From NCBI GenBank assembly GCA_964598025.1, contig CAZRAU010000001.1, positions 56,201-120,200 of the forward strand: 64,000 nucleotides of DNA, given 5' to 3'. This document shows positions 9,591-18,900 of this stretch, in pieces. The first letter of the stretch is position 1. Each line of letters begins with the position of its first letter. The notes under the pieces were generated by a model that saw nothing but the letters and a program-made list of their open reading frames with translations, ran no database searches and was not told where the DNA came from. Made by a program: the position numbers and the translations under genes. The DNA comes from an uncultured bacterium (GTDB lineage Bacteria; Arandabacterota; Arandabacteria; Arandabacterales; Arandabacteraceae).

Positions 9591-10082
9591 ATGGAGGAAG
9601 AAGCCCTCGAGAGACTCATCGCGATCCTGGGTAAGGAGACGGGGCTCCTACAGCATCTCCACGCGACTCTGGCCGCGCAGCAGAACGCGCTGGTGCAGGG
9701 TAATGTCGAGGAGATAAGGCAGTCGGTTGAAGGCCAGATAGCGACCCTAGGCGAGATCTCAGACCTTGAACGCGAGCGTGGATCACTCCTCGGCGTGATT
9801 CTGTCAGGCGATGGCAAGCAGGATGTGACCTTGAGTCATCTGATCGAAGCAGCGCCTCAGCATGGAGAGCGCCTCCGCGAGGTGCGCTCCGCGCTCAGAG
9901 ATGTGCTTGAAGCCATAGGCACGTTAAACAAGCACAACAGCATGCTCATAGGCCAGTCGCTTTCCTATATCGGTAAGACGCTGAGAATGATCGCCGGGGA
10001 AGATACTTCATCGACCGTATATACGGCAGATGGTGGTGTGACCTGCCCGACCGGCCGGCTGGCCGTGGACAGGAAGATATGA
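9591..10082 (+). CDS. flgN: FlgN-family flagellar export chaperone (putative)
   Basis: A 163-aa helical protein sitting directly upstream of flgK-flgL, as in Bacillus flgN(yvyG)-flgK-flgL-fliW-csrA. Its Leu/Gln-rich pattern is compatible with FlgN. Confidence 0.55.
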   Translation: MEEEALERLIAILGKETGLLQHLHATLAAQQNALVQGNVEEIRQSVEGQIATLGEISDLERERGSLLGVILSGDGKQDVTLSHLIEAAPQHGERLREVRSALRDVLEAIGTLNKHNSMLIGQSLSYIGKTLRMIAGEDTSSTVYTADGGVTCPTGRLAVDRKI

Positions 10083-10113
10083 AACCGGCGGAGACCGGCG
10101 GAAGGAGTCAAGC

Positions 10114-11493
10114 ATGATCGGACTCACAGCGGGACTCGAGATCGCCAGGAAGGCCCTCTCGTCCTACCAGCTTGCCCTGAGTGTTTACGGCAACAACATA
10201 GCCAACGTCGATACGCCGGGTTTCTCGAGAAAGCGTCCTGTCTTCGGCGAGGCCGAGGCCGTGGACCTACCCCTGGGAAGAATAGGTCTGGGTGTGGACA
10301 CGCGGACCATTGAGCGGATGCGCGACATCTATCTAGATGCGGCATACAGGAGAGAGAATACGGCCTACGCAGAGTATGAGAGCCTGGAACAGTGTCTCTC
10401 CGAGGTCGAAATGGCCTTCAGCGAACCCTCGGATACGGGTCTGGGTGATGTCCTGAGGGATTTCTGGGATGCCTGGCAGGAACTTGCCAACCAGCCCGAG
10501 AGCGCGGCGTCGAGGTCGTATGTGGTATCCAAGGCGACATCACTCTCAACCTCGCTCGCCCACACAAGCTCACAGCTTACCCGCATGAGGGAAAACATCG
10601 ACGGGGAGATAGCAGGTATCGTGGGTGACATCAATTCGTTGGCGGAAAGGATTGCCGCCCTGAACGGCAGCATCGTGGAAGCGGAGGTCTCGGGTAACGA
10701 GGCCGGCGATCTCAGGGACAAGCGCGATCTGCTGATAGATGAACTCTCGGGTCTTGCGGAGATTCAGGTTTTTGAGACCAATGATGGGGCGGCCTCGGTG
10801 AAGATCGGGAGCGACAGTCTGGTTGAGCGGAAGACCGCGGTCCTGCTGGGGACGTCGGCACGCGGCGACAACAATATTGTGATCACGGATGTGACTCTGG
10901 GGGCCGGCGACCGCGCCATAAAGATAACGGGAGGCCGGCTGGGAGGGTTGCTCCAGAGCCGGGATGTGACCGTGCCGGAGTATCTTTCGAGATTGGACGA
11001 GATAGCCAAGACCGTCGTGGAAGAGGTAAACCGGGTCCACAGGACGGGATTCGACCTCACAGGTGCGGCGGGGGGCGATTTCTTCGATCCGGACGGGCTT
11101 ACGGCAGCAACGATCCGGGTCTCTGATGCGGTGCGGGCCGATTCCAGCCTGGTTTCAGCCTCAGGAGACGGCACGCCGGGCAGCGGCGCCATCGCGCTCG
11201 CGATCTCCGATCTCAGACTTGCGGGCATCTTCGGGGCCGAAGGGGCCTCGGCCGAGGACTACTACGCTTCGCTGATAGCGGACCTGGGGATCGAGGCCGA
11301 AAGAGCAGTCGAGCAAAAGGAGACGCAGAACCTGCTTCTTACTGAAATCGACTCGAGACGTGAGAGCGTCAGGGGGGTGAGCATCGACGAGGAGATGACC
11401 AATCTGGTCGCCTCGCAGCATGCCTACCAGGCGGCGGCCAAACTCGTGACCGTCATAGATGACCTGATGCAAACCATATTGGCGACGTTCTAG
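10114..11493 (+). CDS. flgK: flagellar hook-associated protein 1 FlgK
   Basis: N-terminal ALSVYGNNIANVDTPGFSRK and C-terminal MTNLVASQHAYQAAAKLVTVIDDLMQTIL are FlgK-like. An RBS AAGGAG is present. Confidence 0.9.
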   Translation: MIGLTAGLEIARKALSSYQLALSVYGNNIANVDTPGFSRKRPVFGEAEAVDLPLGRIGLGVDTRTIERMRDIYLDAAYRRENTAYAEYESLEQCLSEVEMAFSEPSDTGLGDVLRDFWDAWQELANQPESAASRSYVVSKATSLSTSLAHTSSQLTRMRENIDGEIAGIVGDINSLAERIAALNGSIVEAEVSGNEAGDLRDKRDLLIDELSGLAEIQVFETNDGAASVKIGSDSLVERKTAVLLGTSARGDNNIVITDVTLGAGDRAIKITGGRLGGLLQSRDVTVPEYLSRLDEIAKTVVEEVNRVHRTGFDLTGAAGGDFFDPDGLTAATIRVSDAVRADSSLVSASGDGTPGSGAIALAISDLRLAGIFGAEGASAEDYYASLIADLGIEAERAVEQKETQNLLLTEIDSRRESVRGVSIDEEMTNLVASQHAYQAAAKLVTVIDDLMQTILATF

Positions 11494-11506
11494 CCGGGGG
11501 GGTGTG

Positions 11507-12622
11507 ATGCGCGTTACAGGCAATATGATAAGACAGAAGATACTCAACAATAGCAACTCGGCCATGGAGCGGCTTCAGTTTGCTCAAACCCAGCTGGCCA
11601 CGGGCAAGAGCATTCTCAAGCCCTCGGATGACCCCTTGAGTCTTTCCAAGGCCATCCGCACCAGGGCCGTCCTCAGTGACAACGAGCAGTACTTGCGGAA
11701 CATCGAGGACGCGCTCTCGTGGCTCGAGAACACGGAGCCCGAAGTGGACGCCATGGTAACGGTAATAACGGAGCTCAAGGAGATTGCGGTTGAAGGGGCA
11801 AGCGACACCAAGAGTGCCGGCCAAAGGCAGGTCTTGGCCGGCCAGGTGGAAGACTTGATAGAACGCCTGGTGGATCTCGCCAATACCAGGTACGCCGGCA
11901 AGTATGTCTTCGCGGGCACCTATACGACGACGCCTCCTTACAGCACGAGTCACGCGGTTACAGGCGAGACGGTGGGCTTTCCGGATCTCGAGTTTGTCGA
12001 CCTCGATCATGCCGGCATCACGGGAGGCACGGTCACGGTGACGGGGGGAAGTGGTGAGGTATACACGGAGGGGGTGGATTACGAGATCGACGTCACCGCA
12101 GGCCGGATAAGAAGGCTCGAGGGTGGAACAATGGGGGCCGGAGACACTTACTTTGTTTCATATGAGACCGAGGGTATCGCGAGCGTCACGCTCGATGTTC
12201 CCACCACGGCCGGAAACCTCGTAAGGGAAATCGCGCCGGGACTGCAGGAGAAGATAAACACGGGCGGCGAGGAGATATTCTCCTCGCGCGTGGACGTCTT
12301 CGATCTCCTGATACGAGTCAAGAACGATCTCCAGCGAAATGACAGCACGGGCGTGAACGAATCGCTGGATGATATAGAAGCGGCGCTCGATCATGTGACG
12401 TCGGTTTTGAGCGATCACGGCATGAAGCAGAACGCCTTCCAGCTGGCCGAGTCCAGGTTGGAGAGCGAGATGGTGAACCTGGAAGCCCTGATATCAGGCT
12501 ATGAAGATGCCGACATGGCCGAGGTCATGGTGCGGTTTGAGACCGAGCAGATGGCCTATGAATCCGCCCTTGCAGCGGCCTCCAAGATCATGAATACGAG
12601 TTTAATCAACTTCATAACCTGA
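11507..12622 (+). CDS. flgL: flagellar hook-associated protein 3 FlgL
   Basis: N-terminal MRVTGNMI...LQFAQTQLATGK and C-terminal flagellin-like helix. 371 aa. Confidence 0.85.
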   Translation: MRVTGNMIRQKILNNSNSAMERLQFAQTQLATGKSILKPSDDPLSLSKAIRTRAVLSDNEQYLRNIEDALSWLENTEPEVDAMVTVITELKEIAVEGASDTKSAGQRQVLAGQVEDLIERLVDLANTRYAGKYVFAGTYTTTPPYSTSHAVTGETVGFPDLEFVDLDHAGITGGTVTVTGGSGEVYTEGVDYEIDVTAGRIRRLEGGTMGAGDTYFVSYETEGIASVTLDVPTTAGNLVREIAPGLQEKINTGGEEIFSSRVDVFDLLIRVKNDLQRNDSTGVNESLDDIEAALDHVTSVLSDHGMKQNAFQLAESRLESEMVNLEALISGYEDADMAEVMVRFETEQMAYESALAAASKIMNTSLINFIT

Positions 12623-12661
12623 GCCGGTCGGCCGGACGGCTGCAGGAAAGGAGCCTGGACC

Positions 12662-13222
12662 ATGAAAATCAATACATCGCGCTTCGGCGGGATCGAGGTC
12701 GAAGATCAGTCGGTTGTGAACATGCCTGAGGGGATGTTGGGCTTCGCCGAGTTCAAGCAGTTTGTGCTTATCCAGCACAACCAGGGATCGCCTTTCCTCT
12801 GGTACCAGGCCGTGGACGAGCCCAATCTCGCATTTGTGATGGTCGATCCCTTCACCTTCTTCCCCGACTATGAAGTGCTGCTCTCGCGTGATGACCTTGA
12901 TGCGCTCGAAGCCGTGGAGCTCGGCAACCTCGCCGTCTTCTCGGTCGTTGTGATACCGGAGAATCCGGAGGACATGACGGCCAACTTGAGAGGCCCTGTG
13001 CTCATAAACGTGGATAAGAAGATCGCCCGTCAGGTGGTCCTTAACGACGAACGCTACTCTCCCCACCAACGCATCCTCGAAACGGTTGGGGGGGCTGGGG
13101 AGGGCCTCGCCCCGGGGGGAAGCGGCGGGAGTGCCTTCGCAGGCAGCGATGCGGGCACACCGGTGGGTGGCCGGGCCGTGGGTGTGTGTGGCGCCGGCAT
13201 GCGCGACGGCGGGGGTGAGTGA
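12662..13222 (+). CDS. fliW: flagellar assembly factor FliW, with an unusual Gly-rich C-terminal tail
   Basis: The FliW core is FGGIEVEDQSVVNMPEGMLGF...PFLWYQAVDEPNLAFVMVDPF. The last ~45 aa (GGAGEGLAPGGSGGSAFAGSDAGTPVGGRAVG...) are low complexity. Confidence 0.85.
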   Translation: MKINTSRFGGIEVEDQSVVNMPEGMLGFAEFKQFVLIQHNQGSPFLWYQAVDEPNLAFVMVDPFTFFPDYEVLLSRDDLDALEAVELGNLAVFSVVVIPENPEDMTANLRGPVLINVDKKIARQVVLNDERYSPHQRILETVGGAGEGLAPGGSGGSAFAGSDAGTPVGGRAVGVCGAGMRDGGGE

Positions 13223-13557
13223 TGCTTATCCTCAAGCGCAAGATGGGAGAGGGAATAGACGTAGGGGACAATGTACGCATTGTGCTCAAGGAGATAAGCG
13301 GAGGTCATGTCAAGATAGGAATAGAGGCCCCCACCGATATCAGAGTCAAACGCAGCGAGACCGCCACGAGCATAGAAGCGGAAAACCTGAGGGCGGCCAA
13401 GTCATGCCTCGCGGTAGCCAAAGACCTCGGCTGCCTGGATGGCATAGCCAACGTGAACCGATTGGAATGTGGAAAGGCCGAATGCCCAATGGGGGAGGCG
13501 GGCGGACTGCACCACGGCGAGGGTATCCGGAAAGCAAGAGGGGGGCCCGATGCTTAG
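13222..13557 (+). CDS. csrA: carbon storage regulator CsrA (FliW-partner type, extended Cys-containing C-terminus)
   Basis: MLILKRKMGEGIDVGDNVRIVLKEISGGHVKIGIEAPTDIRVKRSE is a classic CsrA fold sequence. The ATG overlaps the fliW stop (TGATG). At 111 aa it is much longer than typical CsrA. Confidence 0.85.
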   Translation: MLILKRKMGEGIDVGDNVRIVLKEISGGHVKIGIEAPTDIRVKRSETATSIEAENLRAAKSCLAVAKDLGCLDGIANVNRLECGKAECPMGEAGGLHHGEGIRKARGGPDA

Positions 13558-14755
13558 GCGCGACTGCAGGCACTTCCCGGGCGATAGGCCGTGCGGCTTC
13601 CACAAGCAGGATCTTGCGACCTGCGAAACCTGTAGCCATTACGCCCCCCGGGGCACGACGATCCTCATAATAAAGCTCGAAGCCTTGGGCGACGTACTTC
13701 GGACAACGTCGGTTCTCCCGGCGCTCCACCGACAATACGACCCTTGTCACATTACCTGGATCACCTCAGGCGCCGCGCGGGACCTCTTTGCCGGCAACCG
13801 CCTGGTGGACAAGGTCATATCCGCTTCTGATGACTACCTCCCGACGCTCTTAAGCAGGACCTTCGATGTGGTGATAAACCCCGATGCCGCGGCACGTCCA
13901 TGCGAACTTGCCGCCATCTCGCGGGGGCACACGGCTTTCGGCTACCGGGCAGGTCCCGAAGGTATCGTCGTGGCCCTGAACAGGGCCGCGGACCGTTGGT
14001 TGGAGATGGGTGGTTGTGACGCGGCGAAGCGGAGTAACACCAAGACGTATCAGCAAATACTTCACGAGATCTGTGCGCTGGCCCCCAAAGGTCAGCACAT
14101 CGTGCTGAATCTGACCCAGGACGAGGCCGGAGCAAGAGAGGATCTCGCCCGGGAGATCGGGATAGATGTCACACGACCGGTCGTTGGGCTCAATACCGGA
14201 GCCGGCAAGCGGTGGAAGCTCAAGAAGTGGAGGACCGAAGGGTTTATTGAACTCATAGAGATGATCCTCGATGGGTCCGATGCCCAGGTGGTCTTGTTGG
14301 GTGGGGAGCTCGAGGGTGGGAGAAACGCCTTCATGAAGTCGAAGTTCGACCGGAGGGTGAGAAACCCTGTCTCGCGCAGTATAAGGCGCTTCGTACGCAC
14401 GGTCGATCTGTGCGACGCAGTGGTAACAGGCGACACGCTCGCGCTCCATGCGGCACTGGGCCTCAAGAAACGTGTGGTGGCGCTGTTCGGTCCCACATCT
14501 GCGGCCGAAATCGATATGTATGGACTGGGCATCAAGGTGGTCCCGGATATCGACTGCGTCTGCTGCTATAGCACCGACTGTGACAGGGAACCCAACTGCA
14601 TGGATGTCATAAGCGCGGATGAGGTATACGAGCATCTCTTGGACGAGATGAAGATTGCGGCCTCCGGACGAAGTGTGGACCGGATCGCCGAAGTGGGCGA
14701 TGTCCGGAGTGATGGGGAAGCATGTATGGTTGGCGAGCCAATTGCGGATTGGTGA
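13550..14755 (+). CDS. GT9-family (heptosyltransferase-like) glycosyltransferase with Cys-rich N-terminal extension
   Basis: ILIIKLEALGDVLRTTSVLPAL...LNTGAGKRWKLKKW...VVTGDTLALHAALG matches GT9/ADP-heptose transferase motifs. The N-terminus reads CRHFPGDRPCGFHKQDLATCETCSH. The ATG at 13550 follows AGAGGGGGG and overlaps the csrA stop. Confidence 0.75.
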   Translation: MLRRDCRHFPGDRPCGFHKQDLATCETCSHYAPRGTTILIIKLEALGDVLRTTSVLPALHRQYDPCHITWITSGAARDLFAGNRLVDKVISASDDYLPTLLSRTFDVVINPDAAARPCELAAISRGHTAFGYRAGPEGIVVALNRAADRWLEMGGCDAAKRSNTKTYQQILHEICALAPKGQHIVLNLTQDEAGAREDLAREIGIDVTRPVVGLNTGAGKRWKLKKWRTEGFIELIEMILDGSDAQVVLLGGELEGGRNAFMKSKFDRRVRNPVSRSIRRFVRTVDLCDAVVTGDTLALHAALGLKKRVVALFGPTSAAEIDMYGLGIKVVPDIDCVCCYSTDCDREPNCMDVISADEVYEHLLDEMKIAASGRSVDRIAEVGDVRSDGEACMVGEPIADW

Positions 14756-14854
14756 GCTATGATCCGGCCGATCCGACTCCCCTTTTGTGCCTCGCCAACC
14801 TATCCATATTAGGACGCCGGGCAGCTCGTGACAGCCCGGGATGGAAGGAGCCCA

Positions 14855-15967
14855 ATGGAGTTTACCGGAGAGCGCTACGTACCCGGAGCGGCAGGGCAGG
14901 AAGAGATTTATGTCGAGCATATGAGCCGCTATCGGTTTGCGGAAGGCCTGGCCGGCGGGCGGTGGGTGCTTGATGTCGGCAGCGGTTGCGGTTACGGCAC
15001 GTATCATCTGGCCACGGTGGGTGCAGGTCTCGCGCTGGGGATCGACATCTCCCCCGAGGCCGTGGCCTACTCCCGGAGCAATTATCGCCATCCCCGCCTG
15101 TGTTTTGCGGTGATGGATGCCTCACGGCTCAGGCTGAGGAGCGGGTTCCATCTTGCAACCTGTTTCGAGCTCATAGAGCACGTGGAAGATGCTCAGGTTG
15201 TGCTCCAGGGTGTTCATGAGGTGCTGGATGAGTCGGGTGTCTTCGTCGTCTCCACGCCCAACAAGGCGACCTATGTGGCAGGCGGCGAAGCTGGAAAGAA
15301 CCCCTTTCACGTGAGGGAATACTATCGTGAGGAATTCAAAGATCTTCTTGGGAGTGTATTCCCTTCGGTGCGGGTTCTGGGCCAACACTGGGTCGAGGGC
15401 ATGGCCCTGAGGCCCCACCCGGTCCTGGAGGGTCGTGATGTGGTGAGGGCGGCAAGCCTGCGGATTGCCGGGGGCGGAACTGCCATCCCCATGACCGACG
15501 GGGCTGCTTCGGACCCCGCCTGCAGGTGCGCGACGGCCGGCGAGGCCCATTCGAATTGCGCTGCGTGCGGGGAACCGCCGTACTTCATAGGTCTCTGCGC
15601 CAAGAACGATATTCTCGATGACGTCATCCGCAAGCTCAATCCCTTGGCCTTCTACGGTAGGGCCCTCAGATACGAGAGCCTGAAAGCTGCCGCCATGCGA
15701 CTGGAGCGCGAATTCGACCGGAGAGGCGAGTGGGCAAGGGGGCTGGACCGGGAGATCGGCTCGAGGGACGAAACGATACGCAGCCTCCAACGCGAGCTCG
15801 CAGAAGTGCGAAACGAATTCAATGAACGCGGCCGGTGGGCCGAGCGCCTGAACGGCGAGCTCCGCCGATCCGGCGCTCTGGTGGAGAGATTCGCCGAGGA
15901 GAACAGACATTTGAGGGAATCGCTGGCGGCCCGGCGACCGGCCGGCAGGAGCAAGGTGGCAAAATGA
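14855..15967 (+). CDS. class I SAM-dependent methyltransferase with C-terminal coiled-coil
   Basis: The start MEFTGERYVPG and the SAM motif VLDVGSGCGYGT are present. An RBS GGAAGGAG precedes it. The C-terminal ~100 aa are a repetitive coiled-coil (RGEWARGLDREI / RGRWAERLNGEL). Confidence 0.75.
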   Translation: MEFTGERYVPGAAGQEEIYVEHMSRYRFAEGLAGGRWVLDVGSGCGYGTYHLATVGAGLALGIDISPEAVAYSRSNYRHPRLCFAVMDASRLRLRSGFHLATCFELIEHVEDAQVVLQGVHEVLDESGVFVVSTPNKATYVAGGEAGKNPFHVREYYREEFKDLLGSVFPSVRVLGQHWVEGMALRPHPVLEGRDVVRAASLRIAGGGTAIPMTDGAASDPACRCATAGEAHSNCAACGEPPYFIGLCAKNDILDDVIRKLNPLAFYGRALRYESLKAAAMRLEREFDRRGEWARGLDREIGSRDETIRSLQRELAEVRNEFNERGRWAERLNGELRRSGALVERFAEENRHLRESLAARRPAGRSKVAK

Positions 15968-18900
15968 AGCAGCCGACGGTCATATCGATACTTGCACTCA
16001 ACAATCTTGCGCTCACCAAGCAGTGTCTCGAGAGCATCTTCGAGAATACGACCGCGCCCTATGAGGTCTGCGTCGTCAATCAGGCCTCGGCCGACGGAAC
16101 CAGGGAGTATCTTGACAGTCTGGAGGATAAGATAGATGCGGTACATCTACCCAAAAACGTCGGTTTCATAGGCGGCAACAACCTGGTCATGGATCGCTAC
16201 CCGGACCGGGACATCGTTCTGCTCAATAACGACACGCTGGTGGAGAAGGGTTGGCTGAAGGCCCTGGAAGGATGTGCCTACAGCGACTCGAGCATAGGCA
16301 TCGTGGGGGCGAAGCTCGTCTATCCCGGCGGCAAGCTCCAGGAAGCCGGCGGCGAGATATTCAAGGATGGTTCGGGCAGAAACATCGGGAAGAACGATGA
16401 TCCCGAGCGGCATATATATAATGTATGTCGTGATGTCGACTACTGCTCGGGAGCATGTCTTTTCGTAAAACGGGTCGTGCTGGACAAGGTAGGGTATCTT
16501 GATGAGATCTTCAGCCCCGCCTACTGGGAAGACACCGATCTATGCTTCAGGGCCAGAAAAGCCGGCTGGCGCGTGGTTTATGAGCCCGATTCCAAGGTAA
16601 TGCACCTGGAGGGCGCGACCGCCGGTTTGCCCGGCCGGAAGTCACTTTCCGAGAGCCTCCAGCAACGCAACAAACCTAAGTTCATGGCCCGGTGGGGCGA
16701 GGAGCTCATGTCCCACCGCAGCAATGTCTTTGAGGTAAGGCCCCGGTACGGGAAAGAACAGATCCTCGTGGTGCTGCCCTTCCTCCCCATGTATGACCGT
16801 GCAGCCGGCGAGAAGAGGTGGTTCCATACGCTGAAGATCCTTACCCGGCACTTCGATGTCACCTTTCTGGCGCGAAACGGCGCGGGCCAGCTCAAGTATA
16901 TAAACGACCTGGAGAAGATGGGCATCACCGTTTTTCATACCGACCAATCACGCCTCGAGCCCATGGGCTGCTCTGAGAAGGGCCCGCTCCGGATCGACTT
17001 TCCCTTGCTGCTAAAGTCCAACGACTTCAAAGCCGTAATCGTCGGGTTCTATCATATGGCGCACCAGTACTACCGCGACATTCGCGAGCACTCGCCCCGA
17101 AGTGTGCTGATCGTGGATTCTTACGATCTTTGCTGGATACGCCAGCGGCGCAAGGCGGACTTGACCGGTGAGGCCGGTGATATCTGGGAAGCGCTCGAGG
17201 TGAAACGCCGGGAGATCGCCATGTACGGCAAGACCGATATGGTGCTTACGGTGACCGAAGAGGACAGGCTACGGCTCTTGCAGGAGCTCCCGGGTCTGAG
17301 CGTAGGTATTTCTACGGACATACACCCTCTCACCGGTGAATGCCGGGAGGGACGCGGCCGCGACCTGGTTTTTGTGGGTAACTACAAACACGATCCGAAT
17401 GAGGACGCCGTGCTTCACTTCGCGCGCGAAATCTTCCCCCTGATAAGAGATGCGATTCCCGGGATCAGGCTCTATGTGGTAGGCAATTCCCCGACACCGC
17501 CGGTCGAGGCCCTTGCATGTGACGATATCATCGTGACCGGCTTCGTGCCCGAGGTGACGCCCTACCTGCTTGAATCACGGGTGTTCGTGGTGCCGCTTCG
17601 TTACGGCGCAGGCTTGAAGGGCAAGATCGGAGAGGCGCTTGCCGCCGGCATCCCGATCGTGACCACCTCGATAGGTGCGGAGGGGATGAACCTCCTCCAC
17701 CGCAAGAACGCCATGATAGGCGACACGCCTGAGGATTTCGCCAGGTGTGTCGTCGAGGCATACACGGATGACGCTCTCTGGGACACGCTTTCCAGCGAGG
17801 GGAAGCGCCTGGCCGATGAGAGCTATAGCGTCCGGGCGGTCGAGAAACACTGGCTGGAGATAATAGACTTCATTCGCGACGGGAGAAAAACACGGGAGAA
17901 GCCCGACCGGGGAGCTGGTACGGCAGGCAAGCGCGCCGGGTCGCCGGGCCGCGGCTTCAAGCGGACCACGGCACCACCTGAGATCGTGCCCGACGTGGGC
18001 ATAGTGATTCCCGTCTTTAACAACCTGGACCTGACCAGAACCTGCTGGACCAGTGTGAGGAAAAGTACCGGGATTCCACACCAGGTCGTCATAGTGGATA
18101 ACGCATCCACCGAGGATGTCGCCTATGAAGCCGATCAGAACAACCTCGAAGTGATTAGGAATGAAACCAACCGTGGCTTCGCATATGCATGCAACCAGGG
18201 GATAATGCATACCCACGGCGATTTCGTAGTGATCCTCAACAACGACACCATAGTCACTCCTGGCTGGCTTGAGCGGCTGATGTGGCACATGGGTGATGAT
18301 CCGGACATGGGCATCCTCGGGGTCACGACCAACTATGCGGGGAGCGAACAGCAGATCCCGGCTACCTATGAGACTGAAAGGCAACTCTACGATTTCAGCG
18401 AAGAGATCTACCGGAAGAACCGTCACCGCAGGAAGGAAACAGGCAAGGTGGTCGCCGTCTGTGTCGTGTTAAGACGTAAGATGCTCAGAGATGTGGGGCT
18501 CTTCGACACCCGGTTCGGTCTGGGCAACTTCGAGGATGACGACATCTGTCTGAGGGCGAGGCTCGCCGGCTACAAGGTGGCTTTTGCCAGGGATGTGTTC
18601 ATCCACCATGCCGGCAGTAAGACCTTCCAGGTGCTCAAGCTTGACTATGGCCGCCTGATGGAGGAGAACCGCAGACGATACGAGGCCAAGTGGGCGCCGC
18701 TGGCCCGTGAGTTCTGCCGCTGCGACGCCGGGGACATGGCCGAGACCGGGCCCGAGAGAAGCCACCTGACCTGCATGGATGCAAGACAGAACGAGTGCGC
18801 CGACCACCCCGAAGGCGGGCCCATCATCAGCCTGGCTGACATTCAGATTTCTGCGGATGAGACTTTGGCAGGTCACCTCGTCAACAGGGTGCGGGGTCTG

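Noticed and set aside
13850-15091. 413-aa minus ORF
   Set aside because: It is antisense to the GT9 and methyltransferase genes and has no recognisable motifs. It is a high-GC artefact.
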